The notes under the pieces were generated by a model. The model saw nothing but the letters and a program-made list of their open reading frames with translations. It did no database searches and was not told the origin of the DNA. From Desulfuromonadaceae bacterium (lineage in GTDB: Bacteria; Desulfobacterota; Desulfuromonadia; Geobacterales; Pseudopelobacteraceae), in assembly GCA_028687585.1 (NCBI GenBank), contig JAQTZV010000014.1, forward strand, positions 24,718-88,717: 64,000 bases of DNA, in the 5' to 3' direction. Positions 9,330 through 19,649 of the stretch are shown piece after piece (position 1 is the first letter of the stretch; the number at the start of each line of letters is the position of its first letter). Position numbers and translations under genes: made by a program.

Positions 9330-10079
9330 TTACTCTTTGATATCGCCTTTAATTCCGATGGTAACCTCCTGGTACGGAATATCCCTGCCGGATGCCGCCA
9401 GAGCCTGACGAGCCGCCACTGCGATGCCGCCGCAACAGGGTACTTCCATTTTCAGAACCGTTATGCTTTTCACGTCGGATTTGCTGAACAGTTCTGTCAG
9501 TTTCTGCTGATAGAAGCTGTTGTCATCCAGTTTCGGACACCCCATGACAACCGCTTTACCCGTCAAGAAATCATCATGATACCCGGCGTAGGCGACCGGT
9601 ACGCAGTCGGCGGTGATCAGCAGATCGGCACCCTGGAAATACGGGGCGGTGGTGGAAACCAGATGCAACTGCACCGGCCATTGCGCCAACTGGCTCTGAC
9701 GACTTCCGGCCGCAACGGCGAGGGTCGTTCCCTGCGGACGATCAAAACTCATGGCGCGGGAGCCGGGACAGCCGCCGCCATGGTGATGCAACGCGGCAGG
9801 CGGCCGGGGCGCCTGCTGATGAACCGGAGCCGGCTTACCCAGCGCCGCCAGATGCTGTTCAACGGCCACCTCATCAAACTCATCCGCCTCCCGCTCTTCA
9901 ATGTGAATGGCGTCACGCGGACATTCACCGAGGCATGCTCCCAGCCCGTCGCACAGATTGTCTGCCGACAGCACCGCTTTGCCGTTGATCATCGTGATGG
10001 CGCCTTCGGCGCATGACGGCACGCAGAGTCCGCAGCCGTCGCATTTTTCCGGATCAATAGTTACAATTTTTCTCAACAT
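9330..10079 (-). CDS. 4Fe-4S dicluster domain protein with Cys/His-rich C-terminal domain
   Basis: CDGCGLCVPSC and CDGLGACLGECP ferredoxin motifs, HHHGGGCPG, C-terminal VPCCGG. Preferred start is ATG 10079 (MLRKIV) with an AGGGAGA SD. Confidence 0.75.
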   Translation of the reverse strand: MLRKIVTIDPEKCDGCGLCVPSCAEGAITMINGKAVLSADNLCDGLGACLGECPRDAIHIEEREADEFDEVAVEQHLAALGKPAPVHQQAPRPPAALHHHGGGCPGSRAMSFDRPQGTTLAVAAGSRQSQLAQWPVQLHLVSTTAPYFQGADLLITADCVPVAYAGYHDDFLTGKAVVMGCPKLDDNSFYQQKLTELFSKSDVKSITVLKMEVPCCGGIAVAARQALAASGRDIPYQEVTIGIKGDIKE

Positions 10080-10110
10080 GGCAGTTCTCCCTTTGGTCGA
10101 AGTTGGTATA

Positions 10111-10455
10111 TTAACAAAAGTAATGCCAGAGATAATCAAGCCTGCCCCGCATCACCAGCCTGCGCCCCGCATAGGACATGATTTCCCGGACTTTCTCCCG
10201 GCGCGGCTTGTCATAGCAGTGAATCCGGCACTGTTTGCAGGTCGGCTTTTCCGCTTCCAGCGGACAATTCAGCCGTTTGGATATGGCATATTCCAATAAT
10301 GATGCACATTCCGGACAGAGCAGACGTGCTTCCAGCTCAGCGGGAAGATCAACTGCAGCGCGGCCGGCGCCATGATGTTTGGCTTCGCAGTAAACTTCAA
10401 CAAACTTTCCGAGTAGCTTGATGTCTTTTTTCTGTGCTCTGGTGATGGTTTCCAT
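10111..10455 (-). CDS. Nitrous-oxide-stimulated-promoter (YgbA-like) family protein
   Basis: 114 aa, Cys-rich pattern ...VYCEAKHH...LCPECASLLEYAISKRLNCP...KPTCKQCRIHCY, recalled as the YgbA family signature. Confidence 0.7.
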   Translation of the reverse strand: METITRAQKKDIKLLGKFVEVYCEAKHHGAGRAAVDLPAELEARLLCPECASLLEYAISKRLNCPLEAEKPTCKQCRIHCYDKPRREKVREIMSYAGRRLVMRGRLDYLWHYFC

Positions 10456-10549
10456 GCAGGTGATAATCCTTTGTTTTCACTCTGTAATACATGACCAAGG
10501 TCAATTATTCGCGGAAAACCGGATGGCAGGATGGAATCTTCGCCCAGTA

Positions 10550-12544
10550 TTATGAGCGCTGCTGATTCAGAGGAAATATCACGGTAAACAGGGAACCGGT
10601 TCCCGGTTCACTCCAGACGGTGATCATCCCGCCATGGTTCTTTGCTATGCCGTAGGAAACGGACAGGCCAAGTCCGGTTCCGGTTGGTCTGGTGGTAAAA
10701 AACGGCGTGAATATATCCTTGATCTGCTCCGGCGGGATGCCGTCCCCGCTATCCCCGATCTCGGTCCGGCAAACCGCCGCTTCGTTGTCAATAGCGGTCC
10801 GGATGGTCAGAATCCCTCCGTGATCCATGGACTGCACTGCATTCACGATCAGATTGGTGAACAGTTGGCAGAGCTGGTTTTCGTCACCCTCGACAGCCAC
10901 ATCCCCCATGCCGTATTCGCGCCTGACTTCGATGCCTGTCAGCGGCACATGGTGTTTTACCTGGCGCAGGATATCATCCAGAACCAGATCAAGTGCCACA
11001 GGCTTGAGAGCTTTGCGCTGATGCCGGGCAAACGAGAGTAGATTACCGACGATACCTTCCACGCGCGCCACCTGATGCGCAATGATTTCTGCCTCTTCCC
11101 GATTCGGATGCCCGGAGTGCAGATCAAACAACAGCACCTCTGCATTGCCCCGGATAATCGCCATCGGATTATTGATCTCGTGGGCGACTCCGGCCGCCAG
11201 TTCGCCGACGGCGGCCAGTTTTTCCGCCTTCAGCAACTCTCCCTGGGTCTTGAGCAACAGCAGGTTTTTGTCCTCCAGCTCGGCAGTGCGTTCCTGGACC
11301 TTGGCTTCGAGGCCTCTGTTCAGTTGTATAATGGCATATTCCCGCTGTCTGAGGACAGCGGTCATGGCATTGAATTCCTCTGCCAGCTCGCCGATCTCAT
11401 CCCCGGATGATGTTTCTATCCGCAGGTCCCGTTCTCCGGCGGAAAACCTCTGCACCAACCTTTTCAGCTCCCTGATGGGGCGTGAGAGCAGATTGCCGAT
11501 GTAACCGGAGACGGCAATACCGAACAGCGACCCTGCCAAAAGAACACCGGTAAAGAGCAGGCCGACCTTTTTCTTCAGGGCTGTATGCGGCTGTTCCAGC
11601 ATGCCGACGTACAATGATCCGATGACGCTGCCGGTCAGATCGAAAATCGGCTCATAGGCGGTGAAGTACCAGTCGTTGACGACAAAAGCCCGATCGACCC
11701 ACTTTTCTTTGTTCAGGTTCACGCGGTTATACACCTCGGCGGAGAGCCGGGTGCCGATGGCCCTGTTTCCCTCCAGGGTGTGGACGTTGGTGCTGATGCG
11801 GGTATCATCCAGAAAGATGGTGGCGGTGCCCACATCCTTCCCCTTGAACTGGACCCCCTCGAACACAATCTTTTTAATCCGGTCCACGACCGTATTGTTC
11901 CTGTTCAGCAGCACGCCACCGTACAGAGCGCCAACGACATACCCCTGACTGTTCCTGACCGGAGCGGAAGCGACCATTACCATGCCAAACGGCTCGCTTT
12001 TTTTACTCCCCGGCTTTGCCCGTTCGGTCGGGATCACGTCGATAACCGCCTGGCTCGCCAGGTTGTTTCCTTCGCGCTGCAGGCGCTCAGGAGAGAAGAG
12101 CTGACTCCCGGAAACGACTTCACCATTCAGCGCCCTGGCTATCAGAGGGTCCTTGTCGAGCAGTTCGCCGTAAGCCTTCGGATTACCGGCCCGGAACAGA
12201 ACCCGCCCGTTACTGTCCACTATTGTAAGTATATCCAGCTGTTCATTGGTAATCATGGCGGACAGCAGTGGGGCGATAATCTCCCGATTGCTGGTGGTGA
12301 CGGCATCCGCGGCATGCGGCATACTGGTGGAAAAGCGGATTACATCGCGAATATGGCTGATTTCGTTGGAATAGACTTCATGGGCCGAGTTGAGATCGGT
12401 GCGCACCTTTTCCTGGGCAAGCACATTGATGCGGGTGTTGATGATGTACATGCCGGCCAGCGAACAGAACAGGATGGCGACAAAAAGCGGCAGGAGCGAG
12501 CCGATCGTCAGTTTCTTGCGTATGGAGAGTCGGGGAAACGGCAT
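10550..12544 (-). CDS. Sensor histidine kinase with large periplasmic Cache-like domain, HAMP, HisKA, HATPase
   Basis: TM, about 300-aa extracytoplasmic region, TM, HAMP, GVAHEINNPMAII H-box, GTGLGLSVSYGI G2 box. ATG 12544 preferred; the track start is TTG 12550. Confidence 0.85.
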   Translation of the reverse strand: MPFPRLSIRKKLTIGSLLPLFVAILFCSLAGMYIINTRINVLAQEKVRTDLNSAHEVYSNEISHIRDVIRFSTSMPHAADAVTTSNREIIAPLLSAMITNEQLDILTIVDSNGRVLFRAGNPKAYGELLDKDPLIARALNGEVVSGSQLFSPERLQREGNNLASQAVIDVIPTERAKPGSKKSEPFGMVMVASAPVRNSQGYVVGALYGGVLLNRNNTVVDRIKKIVFEGVQFKGKDVGTATIFLDDTRISTNVHTLEGNRAIGTRLSAEVYNRVNLNKEKWVDRAFVVNDWYFTAYEPIFDLTGSVIGSLYVGMLEQPHTALKKKVGLLFTGVLLAGSLFGIAVSGYIGNLLSRPIRELKRLVQRFSAGERDLRIETSSGDEIGELAEEFNAMTAVLRQREYAIIQLNRGLEAKVQERTAELEDKNLLLLKTQGELLKAEKLAAVGELAAGVAHEINNPMAIIRGNAEVLLFDLHSGHPNREEAEIIAHQVARVEGIVGNLLSFARHQRKALKPVALDLVLDDILRQVKHHVPLTGIEVRREYGMGDVAVEGDENQLCQLFTNLIVNAVQSMDHGGILTIRTAIDNEAAVCRTEIGDSGDGIPPEQIKDIFTPFFTTRPTGTGLGLSVSYGIAKNHGGMITVWSEPGTGSLFTVIFPLNQQRS

Positions 12545-12546
12545 AT

Positions 12547-13929
12547 TCAAACGGCTTCGGCACTGTTCCTGGGGATGGTCAGGCCATAATCGGCAATCTT
12601 CCGGTCCAGCGTCTTACGGGTGACCCCGAGAATGCCGGCGGTCCGGCTTTTGTGATACGCATTCTTCTTCAATACCCGAAGAATGTGATCTTTTTCGACA
12701 CTCTCCAGCGAATCAGTGCCATCGTCTGATAACGCCGTCCGAGCGCCTGTATCGGTGCGTATCGGAAGCAGATCGGCCGTTATCCGGTTCGATCCGGCCA
12801 GAATAACCGCCCGCTCTATGATATTCTCCAGTTCCCTGATATTTCCGGGCCAGTGGTAATCTTTCAAAAGCCGCAGGGCGTCGTCGCTTATGGTATCGAC
12901 ATGTTTCTTCATCCGGGCGGAGAACCGCTTCATGAAGTGCAGAGTGAGCGGCACCAGATCTTCCTTGCGCTCCCGTAACGGAGGTGGTGTGAGGGTAATG
13001 ACGTTGAGTCGGTAAAAGAGGTCTTCCCGGAAGCGCCCACAGGCAACCTCCTTCTCCAGTTCCTTGTTGGTGGCTGCGACAATGCGAATATCGCAGGTCA
13101 TAATTTCGGTCGCGCCGACGGGAGTAAACTCCCGTTCCTGAATAACTCTCAGCAGTTTCGCCTGCAGGGCCAGCGTCATGTCTCCAATTTCGTCCAGAAA
13201 CAGGGTGCCCCCGGTAGCGGCTTCGAGCAGCCCTTTCCGGGATGTCATCGCGCCGGTGAACGCTCCGCGCACATGGCCGAACAGCTGACTTTCCAGAAGG
13301 GTGTCGGTCAGAGCGGCGCAGTTGATGGTCAGGTAACGCCTGTCTCTTCTGGCACTGTTGAAATGTATCGCCCGTGCGATCAACTCCTTGCCGGTGCCGG
13401 ATTCGCCCTGGATAAGAATGTTTGCCTCGCTCGCCGCCACCTGCAGTGTCATGTCATAAACTTTGCGATAGCTGCTGCTGGTGAAGATGATCTCTCCGGG
13501 AGCGGTGCTGCGGATCAATTCCTCCGTCAGTCTCCGATTCTCCTTCAGCAATGTCTCCCGCTCCAGAGCCTTGTCGAGAACACCGAGAAGTTTTTCAATC
13601 GGAAACGGTTTGGTGATGTAGTCATATGCCCCCAGCTTGATCGACTCCACCGCTGAATCGATGCTGCCGAAAGCGGTCATGATCACTGCCGGCAGATCCG
13701 GCCGCAGTTTACGTACCTTCCGGAGCGTTTCGATACCGCTGATCCCCGGCATATTGATATCCTGAACCAGAAGATCCGGCATATAGGCGGTATCGGACTC
13801 AAATCGATCCAGCAGGGTCTGTCCGTTGGTGTAGGTTTCCACGCTGTAGCCATGGGAATGTAAAATTTTCTTCAAATAACGCAATATCTCTTTTTCATCA
13901 TCGCAGATGATGATTTTTCCTTCAGGCAC
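12547..13929 (-). CDS. Sigma-54-dependent response regulator (NtrC family)
   Basis: Receiver (DINMPGISG), AAA+ domain with GESGTGKE Walker A and GAFTGA sigma-54 contact motif, C-terminal HTH. GTG start with an AAGGAG SD. Confidence 0.9.
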   Translation of the reverse strand: MPEGKIIICDDEKEILRYLKKILHSHGYSVETYTNGQTLLDRFESDTAYMPDLLVQDINMPGISGIETLRKVRKLRPDLPAVIMTAFGSIDSAVESIKLGAYDYITKPFPIEKLLGVLDKALERETLLKENRRLTEELIRSTAPGEIIFTSSSYRKVYDMTLQVAASEANILIQGESGTGKELIARAIHFNSARRDRRYLTINCAALTDTLLESQLFGHVRGAFTGAMTSRKGLLEAATGGTLFLDEIGDMTLALQAKLLRVIQEREFTPVGATEIMTCDIRIVAATNKELEKEVACGRFREDLFYRLNVITLTPPPLRERKEDLVPLTLHFMKRFSARMKKHVDTISDDALRLLKDYHWPGNIRELENIIERAVILAGSNRITADLLPIRTDTGARTALSDDGTDSLESVEKDHILRVLKKNAYHKSRTAGILGVTRKTLDRKIADYGLTIPRNSAEAV

Positions 13930-14112
13930 TGATGACTCCTTGTGCGTTTCAATATCTCAGGCAGTGTTATGTATCATAAATATACTTGATGGATAAAAAG
14001 TATACGTTTTTTTCTGTAGCCGCAACATCCTGATCTCGTATTGCCCAGAGAGGTGCTTGTAATTTCAAGTCGTTATAAAGAGCAAACCTGAGTTCTATTA
14101 TAGCAGAGTCGT

Positions 14113-14128
14113 TGGCATGTCTATTGCT
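14113..14128 (+). promoter_or_regulatory. Sigma-54 (-24/-12) promoter TGGCATG-N4-TTGCT
   Basis: TGGCAT at 14113-14118 and TTGCT at 14124-14128. Spacing matches the TGGCACG-N4-TTGCW consensus with one mismatch. Faces the fdn operon and is divergent from the NtrC-type regulator. Confidence 0.65.
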
Positions 14129-14553
14129 CTTAAGAGACCTAGTTATATCACAACTTCTCTTGAAATGTCTTGATGCTCCCAGAATAATTGATTATTTACC
14201 GGTCATGCCATTTGTAGCTCAAACGGTGATTTGTATAACGATGATACAATGCATCATTTGCAAAGTGCCAGATAAATGTTTCAGCGTGTAGTGTTCGGGC
14301 ATTCCGCACGGCATTTTTTCAACAGACAGTATCCATCTCCGAGCCGCATCAGCCTAAGGAAACGGTTTCTATGGCATGCTGCCTGCGGGTATCGCTGGAA
14401 ACGGCGCTGCCCTCCTCTAGTGAGTTAGAATCTATTATCTCGCGGTGTTTTGCAGAAAATAGATTCGTTAACGAACTATCCTGTGTATTAGGGAGAGAAG
14501 GAGATGGTTGGCATCGGTAACGATTACAACCATTTTTACAGGGAGGTACAGCA

Positions 14554-17500
14554 ATGGCGGTTTCTCGAAGAGATTTTTTCAAACTCTCCGGTTCCGGGCT
14601 TGCGGCTGCCACCCTCGGTTTCAACCTCGCTCCCGTCGAGGCCAAAGCTGAGGATCTGGCCATCCGCTACGCCAAGGAATCCACAACCATTTGCCCCTAT
14701 TGTTCGGTCGGCTGCGGCATGATCGTACATACGCTGGGGGGCAATGTCATCAATGTCGAGGGTGACCCCGATCATCCGATCAGCGAAGGGGCACTCTGCC
14801 CGAAAGGTTCGTCGGTCTTCCAGCTGCGCGACAACAAGGCCCGCGTCACCACACCGATGTATCGCGCCCCCGGCGCCAGCGAATGGAAAGAAGTTTCCTG
14901 GGAGTGGGCGCTGGACGAAATTGCACTGAAGGTCAAAAAAACCCGCGATGCCTCATTCATGCCTACCTCAAAAATCAAGATCAAAGAAAAGATGGGCGGT
15001 GTTGATGTAGAAAAAGAGATCGAAGCCGTGGTAAACCGCACCATGGGTATGGCTTCGGTCGGCAGCGCCGCGCTTGACAATGAAGAATGCTATCTGTACC
15101 AGAAATTTCTACGGGGGTTAGGCCTGGTGTATATAGAACATCAGGCCCGCATTTGACACAGCGCAACAGTTGCGGCTCTGGCAGAGTCGTTCGGACGCGG
15201 TGCAATGACGAACCACTGGATAGATTTCAAAAATTCTGACGTAATCCTCATTATGGGGTCAAACCCTGCTGAAAACCACCCGGTCTCCTTCCGCTGGATC
15301 CTGAAGGCAAAAGAAGCCGGCGCCAAGGTGATCTGTGTTGATCCCCGCTTTACCCGCAGTGCAGCCAAGGCAGATCTGTACGCTCCACTCCGTTCAGGAA
15401 CCGATATCGCTTTTCTGGGCGGCATGATCAACTACATTCTGCAGAACAAGCTCTACTTTGAACAGTATGTGCGTGACTACACCAACTCATCCTATCTGGT
15501 CAACGCCGATTTCAAGATGCCGGGAGATCTTGCCGGCCTTTTCTCAGGCTACGACGCAAAAAAGCGCAGTTATAACGCCAAAGCCTGGTCGTTCCAGAAA
15601 AATGCTGATGAAAGTATCATGAAGGATCCGACTCTTCAGGACCCGAACTGCGTTTTCCAACTGTTGAAAAAACATTACGGTCGTTACACCCTGGATCTGG
15701 TGTCCAAAACCACCGGCACTTCAAAGGAAAAACTGCTGGAGGTCTACAAACTGTACGCTTCGACCGGTAAGCCGGACAAGGCAGGCACAGAGCTGTATGC
15801 CATGGGGTGGACCCAGCATACGGTAGGTACCCAGAACATCCGGGCCATGGTTATCGTTCAGCTGCTTCTGGGCAACATGGGTATAGCCGGCGGCGGCATC
15901 AACGCCTTGCGCGGCGAGTCAAATGTTCAAGGATCGACCGATCACGGACTGCTGTTCCACATACTCCCCGGATATCTGCCGGTACCGTCGGCCGACCTGA
16001 AGGACACTGCCGCCTATATCGAGAAATACACACCCAAAACCAAAGATCCGCAGAGCGCCAACTGGTGGGCTAACCGCAATAAATACCTGATCAGCTATCT
16101 GAAAGCGATTTACGGCGCCAAAGCCACCAAGGAAAATGACTTCGCCTATTCACTTCTTCCCAAGCTGGATCCAGGGATGAACGGCTCCTGGCTGATGATT
16201 TTTGACAACATGATCAAGGGCAAGTTCAAGGGCTTCTTTGCCTGGGGACAGAATCCCGCTTGTTCCGGTTCCAACTCGAACAAGGTGCGCAGTGCCCTCT
16301 CCAAGCTCGACTGGATGGTCACCGCCAATCTGTTCGACAACGAAACGGCTTCGTTTTGGAAAGGCCCCGGTGTAGATTCCTCCAAGGTCAAGACAGAGGT
16401 TTTCTTCCTCCCCGTCGCTGCCTCCTTCGAAAAGGAGGGCTCGATTACTAATTCCGGCCGGTGGGCCCAGTGGCGAACCGCTGCTGTCAAGCCTCAGGGA
16501 CAGAGTAAGCCGGACGCAGAAATAATTCATGAGCTGTATCAGAAAATAAAATCGCTCTATGCCAAGGATGGTGGCGCTCTCCCTGAGCAGCTTTCCGCAC
16601 TTACCTGGAACTATGGCTTCAAGCGGGCGGACGGCACTATCAAAAGCATTGACGCTCATGCAATCGCCAAGGAAATCAACGGCTACTTCCTGGAAGATGT
16701 CGAGGACAAGCCCAAGCCGCTCAAGCCGGGCGAAAAAGCACCGCTGCCACCACCACCGGGCACACCGAAGAAAATGCTTGGCAAGAAGGGGGAACTGGCA
16801 GGTAGTTTTGGCCAACTGCAGGCCGATGGCTCTACCTCCAGCGGCAATTGGCTCTATACGCAAAGCTATAATGAAAAGGGCAATCTGATGGCGCGACGCG
16901 GCAAGAAAGACCCAACCGGCCTCGGAATGTTCCCAGAATGGAGCTGGTGCTGGCCGGTTAACCGCCGCATTCTGTATAACCGCGCCTCCGTAGATTTGAA
17001 CGGTAAACCGTACAACCTGAAGAAGGCGGTGGTCTACTGGAATGCGAATGCGCCACTGCCGAATGGAAAAACGGGCGCCTGGGTCGGCGACGTACCGGAT
17101 GGCCCCTGGCCGCCAATGGCAAACGAAAAAGACGGAAAAAAACCGTTCATCATGAAACCGGACGGGGTTGCTTCTGTCTTCGGTTCCGGGCTGAAGGACG
17201 GCCCCTTTCCGGAGCATTACGAGCCGGTTGAATGTCCGGTGCCGGAAAACTTCTTTTCCAAGCAGATGAGCAATCCGGCCAGTAAGGTTTTTAGCGACGC
17301 CGGTGTCAAGGAAGACGTGCTGGCAACGTGCGATGTCCGTTTCCCGCTGGTTGCCACCACTTACCGGGTTACCGAACATTGGCAGACCGGTGTCATGACC
17401 CGCAACACCCCGTGGCTGCTGGAGCTCCAGCCGCGTCAGTTCTGCGAGATTAGTGTTGAATTGGCCAAGGAGAAGAGTATCGGCAATGGCGATATCATTG

Positions 17501-17733
17501 AGGTGTCCTCAGCCCGTGGCAAGATAGAGGCGGTAGCAATGGTCACCCCGCGCATTAAGCCGTTTCAGATCGGCGGTAAAACGGTGCATCAGATCGGACT
17601 CCCCTGGTGCTTTGGCTGGACCACCCCCGGCGTGGGTGACGCCGCTAATCTGCTGACCCCCACTGCGGGCGATGCCAATACGATGATCCCGGAGACCAAG
17701 GCATTTATGGTCGGGATCGCGAGAAAGGGGTAA
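14554..17733 (+). CDS. fdnG: Periplasmic formate dehydrogenase catalytic (alpha) subunit, selenocysteine-containing, Tat-exported
   Basis: Track ORFs 14554..15156 and 15205..17733 are in the same frame and are joined through TGA 15154-15156. Context ...EHQARI-U-HSATVAALAESFGRGAMTNHW is the classic FdnG/FdhA Sec site. SRRDFFK twin-arginine signal and N-terminal CPYCSVGC cluster. Confidence 0.9.
15154..15190 (+). other. UGA selenocysteine codon plus downstream hairpin (putative SECIS)
   Basis: In-frame TGA at 15154-15156. An 8-bp hairpin, GCGGCTCT-GGC-AGAGTCGT, lies at 15172-15190, 16 nt downstream. Confidence 0.6.
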
Positions 17734-17736
17734 GTC

Positions 17737-18528
17737 ATGGCTGACACTATTAACCAAACTGCCCGTAAAGGGTTTCTCGTCGATACCTCCCGGTGCATCG
17801 GCTGTCGCTCATGTCAGGTCGCCTGTAAACAGTGGAACAAGCTGGAAGCTGACAAAACGTCAAACAAGGGGACATTTGAAAATCCTCTCGATCTAACTCC
17901 GGCGCTCTACAATCGAATAAAGTTTATAGAACTGGAAAAATCGGGCGAGGTCTCCTGGCTTTTCTTCAATGAACGCTGCATGCATTGCGGTGATGCCGGC
18001 TGCATGAAGGTTTGTCCTTCTCCGGGCGCCTTGTACCGTACCAAAGACGGCATTGTTGCGTATAACAAGGACAAGTGTATTTCATGCAAATACTGTGTTT
18101 CAGCCTGCCCGTTTAATATTCCACGGTATGGTGATGATGACAAAGTCAGTAAATGCCATCTTTGCCAGGACAGAATCAGTGGCGGCATGACTCCGGCCTG
18201 CGCCAAGGCCTGTCCGACTGAAACGCTGAAATATGGCAATCGGAGTGAATTAATTGCCAAAGCTGCCGCTGCTAAAAAGACCCTCTATGGCGTAGATGAT
18301 CTTATGGGGCTTGGAGTGGTCTACGCGCTGGAAGGACCGCCGGAACAGTACGGTCTACCGGCCAAGCCGAGTATTCCTCTGTCAATTTTCCTCTGGAAGG
18401 ATGTCATCAAGCCACTCGGCATTCTCGGCTTCTGGGGCAGCATCGGTGCCATGCTGCTGCACTATGTGACGATCGGACCGAAAAAGGTAGACGATGATCT
18501 CGACGTCAAGGAGGAAGGCCATGAGTGA
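17737..18528 (+). CDS. fdnH: Formate dehydrogenase iron-sulfur (beta) subunit with C-terminal TM anchor
   Basis: Four Cys clusters (CIGCRSCQVAC, CMHCGDAGCMKVC, CISCKYCVSAC, CHLCQDR...C) and a hydrophobic C-terminal helix. Confidence 0.9.
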   Translation: MADTINQTARKGFLVDTSRCIGCRSCQVACKQWNKLEADKTSNKGTFENPLDLTPALYNRIKFIELEKSGEVSWLFFNERCMHCGDAGCMKVCPSPGALYRTKDGIVAYNKDKCISCKYCVSACPFNIPRYGDDDKVSKCHLCQDRISGGMTPACAKACPTETLKYGNRSELIAKAAAAKKTLYGVDDLMGLGVVYALEGPPEQYGLPAKPSIPLSIFLWKDVIKPLGILGFWGSIGAMLLHYVTIGPKKVDDDLDVKEEGHE

Positions 18529-19138
18529 GTATATCGAGCGATTCAGAACCAGCGAAAGAGTGTTGCACTGGGCCGTTACCGCCAGCTTTTTTACCTTGCT
18601 CCTGACCGGGCTCGGTTTGTATTCCCGCTTGTTTCACGGCTATTTCGGCCTGTTCGGCGGCGGGATTAATGCTATTATGATCCACAAAATTTCCGGGGTT
18701 ATATTTTTCTTCAGTTCCATTTATATGTTTCTTAACCATAAAAAGGACATTTCTACGTTTGATCAGGATGACAAACTGTGGATTGACAAAAGCGGCGGTT
18801 ATCTCTCCAAAGATGCAAGTCATTTCAACATTGGCAAGTATAATCCCGGGCAAAAACTGTTTGCGCTCTGTATAGCAGCAGCCACTGCTGTTCTTGGCGT
18901 TACCGGATTGATTGCCTGGCTGCCGCTGTACTTCCCGCGTTTTATCGTACAGGTCTCCTTGATGATGCATAGCCTGTTTTTTATCGGATCTATCATGTTC
19001 GTTGTCGTGCATGTATATCTGGCGACCATCGGTAATCCTGGTACCATTGAGGCTATGCTGTATGGCGATGTCAAACGGGTCTGGGCAAAAAAACATCATC
19101 CCAAGTGGTATAAGGAAACAACCGGAGAAAATCAGTGA
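18521..19138 (+). CDS. fdnI: Formate dehydrogenase cytochrome b (gamma) subunit
   Basis: Four TM helices with conserved His (RVLHWAV..., IHKISG...). ATG 18521 follows AGGAGG and overlaps the fdnH stop codon. Confidence 0.85.
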   Translation: MSEYIERFRTSERVLHWAVTASFFTLLLTGLGLYSRLFHGYFGLFGGGINAIMIHKISGVIFFFSSIYMFLNHKKDISTFDQDDKLWIDKSGGYLSKDASHFNIGKYNPGQKLFALCIAAATAVLGVTGLIAWLPLYFPRFIVQVSLMMHSLFFIGSIMFVVVHVYLATIGNPGTIEAMLYGDVKRVWAKKHHPKWYKETTGENQ

Positions 19139-19167
19139 CACATTCGGTCTCATTTCGTGCTGCGTCG

Positions 19168-19194
19168 AAGGCGGCCTGCCGGCCGCCTTTTGTT
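19168..19194 (+). terminator. Intrinsic terminator after fdnI
   Basis: AAGGCGGCC-TGCC-GGCCGCCTT stem-loop followed by TTTGTT. Confidence 0.6.
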
Positions 19195-19227
19195 AACTAA
19201 ATATATTTCCCGGTGGAGGTCTGTCGT

Positions 19228-19620
19228 ATGCTTAGTGTAATAAAAACATTACTCTCTCTGCTGCTCATCGCGGCATGCATTATTTCTGCCGACAACGGCG
19301 TGTATGCCGCCGGCTCATCTTCTCAAACGGTACTCAACCCGGCGGCACCAAGAAAATCTCTCTATCCCAGAATTGTCATCTACACGGTTGCCTGGTGTCC
19401 GCACTGTCGTGAGCTGAAGGAGTATCTGACTACCCGTAACATCCCGTTTATAAACAGAGACGTCGAGCTTGAAACTGCGGCTATGGATGACCTGATGCAA
19501 AAATACAAAACCTATAGCGTGCCTGTTGTGGTCATCGGCAATGACCAGGAAATTCTCAAGGGCTTCACCAGCGAGCAGTTTGAAAAAGCGGTCGTTAAGG
19601 TGAATGCTGCCGGCCGGTAG
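19228..19620 (+). CDS. Exported glutaredoxin-like (thioredoxin-fold, CPHC) protein
   Basis: Signal peptide MLSVIKTLLSLLLIAACIISA, then IYTVAWCPHCRELKEYL...SVPVVVIG glutaredoxin pattern. GGAGG SD 7 nt before ATG 19228. Confidence 0.75.
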   Translation: MLSVIKTLLSLLLIAACIISADNGVYAAGSSSQTVLNPAAPRKSLYPRIVIYTVAWCPHCRELKEYLTTRNIPFINRDVELETAAMDDLMQKYKTYSVPVVVIGNDQEILKGFTSEQFEKAVVKVNAAGR

Positions 19621-19649
19621 CAATTAATTTGGTAGTACGGAGGTATCCC

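Noticed and set aside
16150-17379. 409-aa minus-strand ORF
   Set aside because: It is antisense to fdnG, which has unambiguous molybdopterin-oxidoreductase similarity, and it has no motifs of its own.
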